A stretch of DNA of 64,000 nucleotides from Oikopleura dioica (GCA_907165135.1 OU015568.1:12586001-12650000); one strand, 5' to 3'; positions 24,352-36,816 are shown, numbered from the stretch's first letter. Translations and numbers: made by a program. The notes: generated from the letters alone by a model not told the origin.

Positions 24352-26664
24352 ATGAGAGAAATTCTACTTCTCCCTTGCGTCTTTTCGATTACTCTGGATA
24401 CACTTGAAGTGTGGCAAAAGTTTCTGCAAAAGGAAGCTTTAGATTTATACGATCATGGTCGACTTGTGACTACTAATGAAACTGCCGAACTAGTGGAGTG
24501 TTACTTGTGCAATTGGATTTCTTTGGAAAATGCTGGCACAGGAGAAATGCATCTTTTTGGCGAAAACTGCGAAACAACAAATGAAAGAACTGAAACTGGC
24601 TTTGGAGAAACGTGCGGAACAATCGAAATCCGACGAAGTATTTTTGATATTCCTTACTCAGAAGTTCCGTACCACGATATGAAAAACAGCGTCCACCGAT
24701 GGGATGTTAAGATGACTCTGAGAGTGACCTCAAAATTCGAAGTTGACAACGATTTTCTATTGAAGACTTGCTCGATGGATGATAGCTTATGCGTGTTTGA
24801 TTGCGAGGATGACTTATGCAACCACTCTGGCTACGATGGATACCCTGATGATGGACGATTTCCGCGTTCAAAAACAACAATACCTAAAATAGTTCTCCAT
24901 GATATGGGGTGAAATAAATATAAATTTCACGAAATTACAAAATCTTTTCTCCGTGAACATTTTCAAAATCTGACTGGATAAGCTGATAGAGTAGGTCCAG
25001 TTCTATATTTTCCAAGAAAAAGATCAAAAATCGAAAAGTTTTTTTGCCGTCTAGAAGCAATTGAAGTAATTTTCTGCTGACAGCGATTGTGCAAAAAGTA
25101 CCCATTAGGGACTCCAATTTTTGACGGAAATATATTCTCGAGACTCTGAACTAGGGCGCCAGCTATTTTTTTGTCCATTCTGATCAGTTTATCACCGGTT
25201 TATCAGCAATCAAAGTTAGGTGAAAAATTCGATGTGGCGATGAGCGCGGCGGTGACTAGACAGCGTAGTGGCGCTGTTGCCCACCCTAACCTGACGCTTG
25301 ACAGGAAAATGCTTGAACGAGATTTTCATTCGTGCGTGGGTAGGGTGCGCCACAGCGTCACCATGCCGCATTGTCACTGCCGCGCTCCCCGTCTCATCAA
25401 AATTTTCGTCTGACTTTGATCGCTGATAAGAGCAGAATCGCGTTATCAAAATGAAATAAAAAATAGCTGGCGTCTTACTTCAGATGCCCAAGAATATATT
25501 TCCGTCAAAATTATGATGTTACATTGAATATTTTTTACGCTAGAGCCGTCAGTAGAAATGTACTTCAATTGCCCTTAGACAGCTCTAGAACTTTTAAATT
25601 TCAATTTTTTTCCTCGGAGAATATGAAGCTTGGCCTGTTCTTTCAAGACCTCTATTCAAAGTTTGAAAATATTTAGAGAGAAAAGATTTTGTAATTTCGT
25701 TAAATTTATATTTTTTCCACCCATGATATCATTGATATCCATCAAAAGAAAACTCCTATCCAAGGCGAGCAAAAACATTTTGACCTAAAGAAAGAGACTT
25801 CAAATCGGCAGCTACAGTGGTGTCATGTTTGCAAAGCTACTTTTTCAGGTTGGCTCAACTTTAATCTGAATTTCAACCCAATGTTTTCAGGTGACGAGCT
25901 TGTTCAAAATACTGACTGCATGGAAATCACAGAAGATTCTATCGCTCTACCAATAGTTGACTACAATTGCGCGACTCAAATGGATCGTCAAAGGTCTGTT
26001 TAATCTTAGTAAAGCAATAATTAATGATTAAAGCGTGCTATATCGAAACAACTGGTACGAAGTTTGGAATCTGGAGCGCACCCGCTCAAACTATTTCTAC
26101 TCCCAAGATGAAGTTATTGATCGATACAGTAATTACGACCTTGTGGCTACTGGCGAAAGTGCGTTTGATAGAAGACAGGTTCCATGTGCAGAAAATTATT
26201 GCAACAACATCAGCGGCTGGGAAATTTTGGAAGCTTTTCCAGCCACAGAATTGTTTGATGAAGAGAATTTCGCATCGAAAAACAAAGAAAATGAAGAAAA
26301 ATCACCGCCTGAAAGTTGTTTTGTCTGCCAAGAAGTACTTGTAAACGATGCTGGAGTTCTCGAAAGCGTCGAGGGAAATGAAAATTGTGTGATTTTGAAC
26401 GATTCTAGTATCGTTGAAAGCATCACTACGGAGCATAGAGAATGTGGAGTGACAGAATCTTGGGGATACGCAAGAAAAAAGGACGGAACGATTGCGCATC
26501 TCTCCTCAGCAGAGCGCAGAATTGTATCTTGGGGTGATCCCTCTCCGGTAAACTGAATATTGATACTTTGAATGATGTTACTTTAGTTCAATTGCTTGCC
26601 TGGTTGGAGCTATTGCTACGCATATTGCCAAGAAGGCGATAAATGCAATGGAAGATTTTTTTGA
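24352..26664 (+). CDS. Secreted Cys-rich protein with three Ly6/uPAR-like (CxxC...CN) repeats, interrupted by a foldback element
   Basis: Signal peptide MREILLLPCVFS. Repeats ECYLC...CEDDLCN, WCHVC...CAENYCN and SCFVC...CQEGDKCN, then GRFF*. Confidence 0.7.
24906..25721. mobile_element. 816-bp foldback/MITE, palindromic over nearly its whole length, 8-bp TSD CATGATAT
   Basis: The left arm GGGGTGAAATAAATATAAATTTCACGAAATTACAAAATCTTTTCTC matches the reverse complement of the right arm. Pairing continues inward, e.g. TTTTGACGGAAATATATTCT / AGAATATATTTCCGTCAAAA. CATGATAT occurs at 24898-24905 and 25722-25729. Confidence 0.92.
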
Positions 26665-27698
26665 TCGCTGAACATGCAAAAACATTGAAATAAATAGTTT
26701 CTGTTCTCATCGCAACTTTAATGTGTATTCTCATGCTGATAAACACCACGAGAGAGCAAAAATTGACGGTATCAATTCTGTAACCAATTTTCTCATCCAC
26801 TTCATCTCTAGAGTGTTTGGGTTTAATTTGAATACCTTTTTTATGTCTTGCATTTAAAAGAAACAACTAAGAAAAAGAGATAGACAAAATAAACTAAGAC
26901 TTTCCCGCAAAAATCAACTCAGGGTGAGAAATTTAAAGATGTTATTTGCCTCTATTGCGTTTGAATGATCTGCTAAATGAATTTATATCTAATCCACGTA
27001 TCAGGGGTCTAAATATCATTTGCACGTATCATTTGGAGAGAAAAAGAGCTCTGCTAGCGAATCAACTCAAGTAGCGACGTTGAGCGCCCTTTTTGAGTAC
27101 AATAAGGGCTCATCGAGAAATTAAGCCTAACAAAAGGATACAGCTTTCTAACAATTTTCAATCCACAGGTCTCTGTCGCAGACCTGAGCGGCGGAATTTC
27201 AAGCGGAAATCAGAGAGAATTAATAGTCAAATTGGCCTTTGTGCTCATGAATTTTTACAGCTCCTGCAATTGTCTTTCCTAAAACCCGAAGACAGCGAGA
27301 GGCGTGAAAATAAGAAACTGACGAGAGAGCGAGAATTCCCGCTGTTGCTTGAAATTGACCGCTGGAGAAATCATTGGCAATCGATAACAGGGTGCATATT
27401 TAGAGGGTGAAAAAGAAAATCGAAAATTCCAATTCTTCAACAAGTCAGATTTCAAAGGAACGGCTTTGCACTTCCTTATCGAGTAATAGAACAATACGAA
27501 AAAGTTCAACCAAATAAAGGACGTTGAGAGAACACAAAACGGAAGTGTTTCTCGTTTTTTCACAAAAAAACCATTCAAGAGAAAGCTCAGTAACGTAGAA
27601 TTGACTGCCCCGCAGGCAACACCACGGGAACATAGGGAGAAATCGCGCTGGACCTTCCAAAACTAATCACCTACAAATAATCTTATGAAAACCTCGTG

Positions 27699-29044
27699 AT
27701 GCCTCGTTGGAAAATTGTACCTACTGCATGCTTCCTTATCTTCACGATTTGGTTCTATTTCATATTGTTAAATCACCACGAATTCGTTGATGAAAACGAA
27801 GAAGCCAAATTGGTCAAGAGAAGAGACAAAGAGCCAGAAATATTTGAAATAGAGAATCAAGAAGAACCACCAGTTATCGAGGAAACAAATGAAAAAGTCG
27901 TAAATGAAGAGAAAAGCTCATTTGAAAATGGTAAAAATCTTGAACTTCGCCGATCATTTTCCGTTTGAATGCGTTTGACAATAATTAATTCCTAGGACTT
28001 CTGACAGATGAAGCCATGGAAAGAATCGAAAAAAGGTTTCTCAAACGACGCGAGTTACTCTCTTCAACCTGCAGAAAAAATGGCATTGAGCCGGTCGAAA
28101 CTTTTGATCAAATTAGACAACTTCCGACCTTCAAGGTAAAAAATCATTGACATTTTTGCATTCAATCCTTTTAAGGACAAACCAAGAGAAAATATGCTCC
28201 TGAATCACATAATGCACGAATACAACGTGGATGTCTATGGTTGCATCCCTCCAAAAACTGGCAGCACAACCTGGAATAAATGGTGGTGGAATACTTCGCC
28301 GGATGATAAGAGCAGAAAATTCGATTCTTTCCAAACTCAAGGCAACAGGCATCGAATGAATTGGGGGCGAGAATTGGCTTCAAAGAAGCCAGAGCTCCTG
28401 TTTCTTCAAGTTCGCCATCCGCTGTCGAGGCTTGTTTCTGGCTGGAATAATATTTTGTGCAATGAAAACTGCCGAAATGCCGATCGAGTTCGATACTCTA
28501 AAACAGTCATAAGTCGACTTCAGAGTATCTATCAACGAAATCAGCATCCACCTTACAGTCCAAAGCATACCGAAACCATCAGGTACCAATGAAGCTATGA
28601 TTACTCAATATCTAGCAAAAATTAAGGATGACCCCGTTCGAAGACTGGGTAGACGTTATCCTTGAAAACAACTTCTTTGTTGACGACTATTTCGATTTCG
28701 ACATTCACTTCCATTCGTACAAAAGAGCATGCCACCCCTGTGGGATCCCATACAAGTACATTATCAAGGTTGAGACTTTTGCGGAAGACTTCCAATTCGT
28801 CCTCAGAAAACACGGAGTCTGGGAGCAAATGGTCGATAAGGCCAAGGAAGCTGCTGGATCTACCGGTAATTCAACCATATTTTCATTTATCTCAAGCTCA
28901 ATTATAGAGAACAAGAGTATCGGACTCGAGTATCAAGAGGTCCTGGATCGACTAACTCCCGAGCAATACCAAGCTCTCCTTGCTCTAAAATCAGAAGAGA
29001 TGGAAATGTTTGGCTACGGAGAAAATTTCACTTCACTAGACTAG
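27699..29044 (+). CDS. Golgi carbohydrate sulfotransferase (HNK-1/CHST8-14, Sulfotransfer_2 family)
   Basis: N-terminal TM anchor, 5'-PSB GCIPPKTGSTTW, 3'-PB VRHPLSRLVSGW, and H...CHPCGIPYKYIIKVET. Confidence 0.9.
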
Positions 29045-29167
29045 CTTATTTAGTATAACACAAACTTATAGCTCTGCTACTTCTTCAGAAAATGGTGCCA
29101 AAAAGAATAAATACACGCAAGCAGTATTTGATGAGTCGTTATTTTTTTATTCTCGGGAAGGTTCTTT

Positions 29168-31285
29168 TCAGTGCATATCGGGAAGTTCTTGTTTCAAGTG
29201 GTTCATGTCTTTGATCTGGTACATGGTCGTTCCAGTGTGGCCTGTCTGCGAGACATCAAAGCAGAGGCAAAGCGTCAGGATCAGTTCCTAAAGAGGATAT
29301 AGATTCTCTTCTATGTTTTCATTGTGATTACCTGTGATTTTGTATCGCGCACTGTCATCAAAACCCATAAGTCCTCAAGTACGTTTTTCTTTGATGTCTG
29401 ATCGGGGAGAGTCAGAACTCTTTCCATAAACTTCTTGAGAAATGCGCAGACGGAAGTAGAGTCATTTTTGAATGCATTGGCTGTTCCTTCTGGTCTTCCC
29501 ATCATCAACTACGAACAAGTTTTAATCAAATTCATATTCCGCTGATAAGAAAATAAAATGAAATAGTTTACCTCTGTCTTTCTAAGCATCAATTTCTCAT
29601 GTGACCAGACTTTTGTTGTGACTTGAAGAGTTTGCAAACACAGCTCAGGGGATTCAAAGTGCTACAAATTAGTATTAAGAAAAAAATGCTTGTTTAGATA
29701 TTTGTACTTTGAGGAATTTGAATTTGCGGGAGTCTTTTTGAGCAGGTGGAAGTTCTAGGTCAGCCCAGAATTTGATCAGGAACATGCTATCAGGAGTTGC
29801 TTCAAGGTACAACTTGTCCAGAGCTTCTTTGGGGTTGGTTTCGGGAAGCAAATCGGAGACGATCTGAAGCAATTTTAATAAAAAAAAAAGCCTGGGTGTT
29901 TGAGAATGATTTCTGTTCATGATGCAATTATGCTTATTTATACCTTCAACTCAACCGATTCCAATTGTTCAGGAAGAACATTCGCGTCGAAATTTAGCAG
30001 CACGTGATCCTTGGTTTGTTCGCCACCAAACTCCATCTCATTTTCACCAAATTTCGATGTCATCATTTTAATTTCGCCAATCTTGAGACGGGAAGAGCCA
30101 ATTTTCCGGGACGGCGGCGTCTGAGCTCCCAGCATCCCATAGTCGGCCAGATTCGGCGGGTATTTCAAGCCTCCAACGCTAGGAAAAGAAATGTTGATTG
30201 AATGGAAAGAATGCAATTTGTAAAACAAACGGGATCATTTGTAGCGGCTCCGGTGCATGCAAATGAGATGGAATTATACTTACTCGTTGGAAGGATGCTT
30301 CGGCCATACAAAAGGATAACCGGCTAGGTTGCCCCAGTTGAATGCGTTTGTGATTCCGGAAGAGTTTTTAAGTCCCGCGTGTTGCTCCCGAAGTTGTCTC
30401 CGATGAAGCACCTTGAAAAGAAACTTGAGCAATCGGTCTTTCAACAAATTCATTTTTTGTTTCCAAATGTCTTTAGATTTTACCTGTATGTGAGAAGAAA
30501 CCTGCTTTCTTGTCCGTCGTTTCCCAGTTGTCATGTAAATATATCTCGCGATAAGCTCATTTCGACCTAAAAAATCGATGGTTAGTTTGGGTGTGAAAAA
30601 GTTGTTTACGGTTTCCGTGTCAAACAGAGATTCCAAATCTTTGATTGATTACTGACACGAACACGCGCCGCTGATTTTCGCTGTTTACGAAATCGGCGAT
30701 CTTCTGAGATTGGCTAATTATCCGATTTGTTTTGGAAATATAAAATGTACTTTGGTACTGTATGAAGTTCGGAAAGAAAGAAAAAAGGTTGAACGGGGTT
30801 TAGTCCAAAGCGGAGCGTCCGTTTGAAGCGAAATTGCGGAGGGGTTCGCTGGCGATTGCGGTGGTGCAAGGAATGTAGCACCACACTCTTAACGAATTCC
30901 TGTGCCATTCCGGGAACATTCCGACCCTCCCCGCCAAGTACCTGCCCCGGACTTTTCGTTGCGCAAACAGTCACTCATTTTTTAATTATCAAAACTTACC
31001 GTACATCTTTCCTTCATCAGAAAGTATGATTTTTCTTCGACCGCATGGTGGGTAGATTCGTAGAGCGTCTTGGAAAGCGTTTTCGATATCTGGGGCCCAG
31101 ACTCCCTCATCCTCTTCTAAATGGCTCAGAAATAAACTTTCTGCTTCAAGAATAAAATTCTAGTGCTAAAATTGAGGAACAATTTAGAATCTCATAGAAA
31201 GCAGATGGTGAGAAATCAATTATAAATGTAGTACTTTCTGAGCCATTCCGTTATCGTCGTCCTTATTCTTCAAATCAGCACTCAT
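29168..31285 (-). CDS. TEAD: TEA-domain transcription factor (TEAD/scalloped)
   Basis: [46 protein letters not shown]...[12 protein letters not shown]. The YAP-binding domain is divergent but has FLIKFWADL and a retained Cys in STSVCAFL. Confidence 0.95.
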
Positions 31286-31686
31286 ACTGTGACTGTTATA
31301 TTTGCCAGTAAATCTCTGTGGAACTCGTTCAAAGCCTAGAAATTTTTTTTTCTCTTTGCAACCGAAGAATTTCAACTTGGTTATTACTAAAATGGTACCT
31401 ATCTCTAGATTGATAAGAGGGAAACAGCGCCGCCACGCAAAAAAATCAAGCTCTGGCGCCAGGTACGAAAAAGCGTACTGGCCCAGTGAACATGCAAGAG
31501 GGGCGGGACGGGCCTTTTCAACAATTAGTAAACCGAAGCAGCCAGGCAAAAACGAACCTGTCTGCTTTGATCAAGTTTAGAAATAGAAAAAAATCCTTGA
31601 CTTTCAGATCTTTCCAGGTGTCTTTTGGCACCATCAAATTTTGAAAAGATATTTTTTAATAATAAAATTGTTTTCTATTAAAAAAT

Positions 31687-31994
31687 GGGAAACGCTCGTC
31701 AAAATTACCAATTGGTAATGCATTACCAATTTTGGTAATCCATTACCAATTTTTGGTAATGCATTACCAATTTTTGGTAATGCATTACCAAACTTCCCAA
31801 AAATGGCCGATTTTCCTAGGTCAGACAGCCTGTGTGCGCTCCGCGCCTGTCTGGTAGGATACATTTTGAAGTGATTTACGTACGTGGTATTTATTGAGCA
31901 AAAAAATTGCAATTGTTGAAAAAATTTAGTAATGAATTACCAATTTTTGGTAATGCATTACCAAAAATCTTTGGTAATTTAGACGAGCGTCCCC
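31687..31994. mobile_element. MITE-like element with terminal inverted repeats and tandem 20-21-bp palindromic units
   Basis: TIRs GGGAAACGCTCGTCAAAATTACCA / TGGTAATTTAGACGAGCGTCCCC. About 6 copies of TTGGTAATGCATTACCAA, 4 on the left and 2 on the right. Confidence 0.8.
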
Positions 31995-32678
31995 GTAAAA
32001 AATTCCTAAATTTGTTAATGAATTTTTTCATAGAAAAGTTTCAAAACTATCAACCAGCTTCCGAAAATCTCATTTTAGACGTAATCATGTTCATACCTCT
32101 CGTGAATAAATCTGTAGGATCAAATCTGTTGTAAAAAGCCCCCTGCAACATCATTTTTGCAAGAATCTCTGTCGGTTTTTAAATTTGGTTTTTGCTGCTT
32201 CGTCGGTGCGAAGCTCTGAGTAACTGCGGGAGTGAATAGTTTTGATGGGGTAAAAGAGGAGGATTATCAGGCGGCTGATGAAGGCGGCGCTTTGATCTGA
32301 TTCAGCAACTTCAGCAATTTGCTCGATCTGTGAAGGCAACATCCGACATCGCGGCGGGAATTGGAAAGCCAACGGGATTCCTTGCAGCTTCGCAGGAAAA
32401 AACCACAATCATAGTCAATTCTCCCAAAAATTTGACGGTAGTCAAAATTACATTCGTAAACATCGGTTCATCAATTTATCTATCGAATCTTTTATTTATA
32501 TCAATTAATTTGAGGAGATAAAAAGTCTCTCTTTGAAAGATGTTCAAATTAATAATCCAAATAAGGAAGTGAGCTATATAAAGAATTTCAACCTTTGACC
32601 ATTCGTGGCCACAAGTTGCAAACTGAAGAGCATTCAGCTTCAATTTCAATTAGAGAAAAAATAATTTCGAAAAAAACG

Positions 32679-33245
32679 ATGGATCCAAGTTTTAGTTATG
32701 CGATCAGAACTTCTGACTGTAAATCTCACAGGCCTCCGTGTGGACCGGGAATAACGCTCAGACAAGAATACGAGTACCTTTCAAACCAAATTATTCGATT
32801 GAGGTAGGAAAAGGAGACTTCCTTCGAAGAAATATTTTTAGATCAATTCTCCTCGAGACAGATATTCTTGATGAAAACACTTACACAGACGATATTATTC
32901 AGCGAAATTTGACAGATTTACTGTTTCAAATCGAGAAAGTTATCTTGGATATGAAAGGTACGACATGCAGTAAAGATTAACTGCTACAATAAGATACGAA
33001 TGGGATCAGGAAGGAGTACCGAAGAAGATACACCGAGCTCAGATCTCATTTGATGAACATAAGACGCTGCAGAGTTGCTCAACACAATGAAGGACCGGCG
33101 AAGATATACTTTTATATATGAAATGTTATTCCTATCATCAGCCGAAGATAAAGAATTACAAGCACACGACGATGGCCAAATCAAAGTCAATCACGAGCTT
33201 CAATCCCGGCTTAATTTCTTCGACGATCTTCTATTTACATTATAA
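32679..33245 (+). CDS. Orphan 4-exon helical protein, weakly BAG-domain-like
   Basis: TATATAAA at about 32576, then ATG and three short introns (two GT-AG, one GA-AG) that keep frame. Stop at 33243-33245 is followed by AATAAA. Confidence 0.55.
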
Positions 33246-33344
33246 TTTATAAATGTTTAATTCAAATAAAAATTTATTCTAATAACAGCTACAGTAATAT
33301 TTAGTATGTAATATTGATATTCAGGCAGATTGGCAAATAGTAAA

Positions 33345-34204
33345 TTAAACAAGTTTTTTCTTGAGGAAGAAGCCGCGCATGTGAGTCGTTTGCCAAAGAC
33401 CGACGCAGACGACGAGCATTATTTGGATGACAGCCCACCAGAGAACGCGCGAGTTGAGGATTTCGCTGATTTTTCGGAAACCTTCTTCTCGGTAGCGCTA
33501 GAAATCGGGTGAGCGATTGATAGAAGCGATCGAGCTACCTGGAAATCCTGCTCTTTGGAGATTTGGGAAAGTTGATCGGCAAGTTTTACGACGTGAAGTT
33601 GAAGCTCGGATAATTTATCGTCTTTAGCCACTCGCTAAATGGACGATTAGACTTGATTTTTCCCCCTGAAAAACCTTGTAATACTGTCGATCTTCTCCTA
33701 TGTGGAACTGAATATCAATCCTCAACCTCTGCGCTCCATAAGCTCCATGCTCCTCGGTCCATTTCGTCGTATTCGAACTAGAATTATTCATTTTTAGCGA
33801 AGAAGATAAGAAAATACTTACCTAATGCACATTTTATGACTTCCAGGAGTATGAGTTGTGAAAGCAAATTTTCCCTTCGAGCCGTAGTTTTTGTCCATTA
33901 TCACTTTTCCTTCGGGATCGGTGACTTTTACGTGCATTCCCAAACCAGGAGTTGTTTCCGAAATCATTCCCGTGGCTGTTGTTACGATCTTTTTATGGTC
34001 TTATAACTCTGAATTTGCTAGCAAAAATCTCGATTATTATTTTATAGAAAAACCATTTTCCTTTGCATGGTATTTTCCTGTCATCATCGTCTCGTTAGGC
34101 ATCTCTTCAATGAAACATCGTGTCTCTCGGCCGTTCAAGTCAAAGAACAACGGCTCTAGATTAGCCAGGCAAGTGCCCAAAAGTAGCTGCAGTAGTATTT
34201 TCAT
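33345..34204 (-). CDS. p24 family cargo receptor, alpha subfamily (TMED9/TMED4-like)
   Basis: [51 protein letters not shown] and C-terminal FFLKKKLV*. Confidence 0.93.
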
Positions 34205-34585
34205 TCTTAGTCAATGTTTTTTTGGTGGAGGAGTCGACTCCCAGCTCCGCGCGCTAAATTTTTCAAGGCCACTGACGCACCCCGCGGGCGGACCTTGGGA
34301 TAAACCTTTTATGGCTATATTTAATCAATTTCATAAAATAAGAATGATTCATCTAACTTGGAAGTAACGGTTAACCAGAAAATGATGAGTTTGACAACCC
34401 GACTTTGCCTAATAATCATATCGAAGCCAGTAAAAGCAGATTTTACGGTCGATGGAGTGCCCAAGGCAGGATCATTCCACCTAGAGCCCGGTGCAAAACT
34501 CAACAAAATAAGATAAAAAATAGTGCACTAGAATTTTCGACCCCACATGACTCGGTAGCTAAAATAAATTGTTGAAGAGTAGAGA

Positions 34586-36389
34586 ATGGGTATTCTTAAC
34601 AAGAAAAGATGCTGCATGTACTTTTTGATCATCTGTGTTGTTGCGACGACGACTTTACTCAATGTCAAGGTAAAATAAAATTTTTCTTTTTTATCAAAAA
34701 ATTAAAAGAAAAAAAATATTTTTGAATAATTCATCATCGAGGCCGATTTTGTGATCTATAAATGTGATGTACTTCAGACAATTTTTTTCAGAAACTAGTG
34801 GAGACCCACAAAATGCTTTACCAACTAGAGCATTGGGACGAGCTTGACGAGGAAGAAAAAGAAGCGATGGAAACGCTGAAATTCATCGAAAAAGCGCACG
34901 AGTTATTACACGAGCATGATCATCTGGGTCTTGGAGACGAGCACGATCATGATCATGAAGCTGATGATTCGAAGGTCTTTGCCGACGAAGGTGTCAATGA
35001 AGAAGTCGCAGTTCAATACGACGCTGTAGAAGAAAAACCCGCGGAAGTTCCAGAAGCTCAAGCTCAAAAAAGCTCAGAAGAAAGCGAGAATAACTTTGAG
35101 CCTGCGCATGCCATGGACCTGAATGAAGAAGGACCGTCGTTGGGATTTGACCTGGCGGACTTGGCTGGCTCAGGAAGCCTTGTTGATGAGCTTCGACGAT
35201 TGTATAGTTTCATTACTCATATAAATACCGAGTACAGGAGAGGCTCTAAAATTATTTTTGTCGTAATTCGATAATCTGGAATTTCTAACGATCGTTCTAC
35301 TTTAGAGCCTTTTTTCTCAGGTGTACGCAAGATAATATAAAATTTATCGGCACAGACAAGAAATACTTCATGGATTTTTCATATCCTCTTTGTTTTGACA
35401 GATCGAAGTTCTGGACTCCTGACCCCGAAAAGGGCTGTCTTGTCTATTCCTTCGGAGTTGATGACAACTGGAAATTCGACGAAGAAATGGTTCGCATGGA
35501 ACAATGTAAGGTTTATGCCTTCGATCCGAACATGTACGACGAAGAAGACGGCACGAAAGATTCTGGAGTGGAGTTCCGGAAGATCGGAATCGGAAACAAA
35601 AATGGTACGATTAGCTTAATTAAATTTATCGTTTTTATCGACACGCGAGCATAAAATATTTAGCGGATGATGTCTTGCAGCCGGGCAAGCGTGATTATAA
35701 ATATCGGAGTAGATATGGTGACGGTAAACTTGACAAGATTCGAACGCAGCCTATGCGCACTCTCTGGGGACTCATGCGAGAACTTGGTAAGCCGACTTAT
35801 TCGTTAACTAAGAAATGTCATTTACAACTGACGGATTGTAGATTCTCAAGATTGCGTATTCACTGCCTTACTGTATGTTTTCAGGCCATACTGATAGAAT
35901 CATCGATGTGGTAAAAATCGACCGCGAAGGACCTAGAAAAGCCTATGAACCAGCTGTTTTAAGAAATTTGCTTGAGGATGGAACCTATGCGTAAGATTTC
36001 TAAAAAAGGCTTCATTTGATCTTAGAGAGCTGTCTATTTTATGGTTCTTGCATATTTTATTAGATGCGTTCGACATCTGGTTTTCGAACTTCACTTCTTT
36101 GGCCCGATTGATGACGCGGACGAGGTTCGGAGTACTTTCAGCATGCTCAAAGGTAAGCGCAAATAGATATAGTCAGGGCTACTGTCTGTTTTTAATGTCT
36201 GACTGAAATCGTTGTTGATTGCAATTTTTAGGACTTGAAAACGCCGGCCTCAAACTTTATAGAAGCCAGGCATCGAAGACAAAGTCAAAAATCGAGTCTG
36301 TCGATGATTTCCTAACACTGAAGAATGAGAAGAGTACGTTTGTGTACGTCTTGTCCTGGTTTAACCCGAAGCCGAGCATATGCCATTAG
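34586..36389 (+). CDS. METTL24: METTL24-like (Methyltransf_22) type II membrane methyltransferase
   Basis: N-terminal TM, CLVYSFGVDDNWKFDEEM...CKVYAFDP, IDVVKIDREG and LVFELH. Confidence 0.8.
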
Positions 36390-36816
36390 GACCTTATGAT
36401 TAGGTTAATCTTGTTTATAACTGCCAAATAAACCAATATATTGCTCAAGAATTCTATAGAAACATCGTCGAATTGTTTATTACTTACTTTTTATGTTTGA
36501 AAAGGAAAACACTGTTAAAAAGACCAGCGAAAGCAGAAAGAAATATGTTTTATCCACGATTGCGAGGAATCAAACTAAATTGAATAATCGAAGAGGAAAG
36601 CTGAAGGGGATTTTTGGTCGAGTCGGAAGAACAATAATTCAAGAGTTAGTGGATGTAGATAAGTGATAGTTTAAGTATTAATAAGAACTGGGAATTGAAT
36701 GGCTCGAATGCTGGTCCTTTATCGATTGTGTGGCCGCTGATGGCGCCCGAGGGGGGAGCCTTCTCTCCGCCCCACCACAATGTGGCTTCCGCAAAAATGA
36801 CGCTCCAGAGATTACC

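Noticed and set aside
31700-31980. CRISPR-like array of palindromic repeats
   Set aside because: The units are directly tandem with no unique spacers, lie within TIRs, and there are no cas genes; the context is eukaryotic.
32151-32408. Small minus-strand ORF upstream of TEAD
   Set aside because: Non-ATG start, no domain, and no supporting splice or polyA structure identified.
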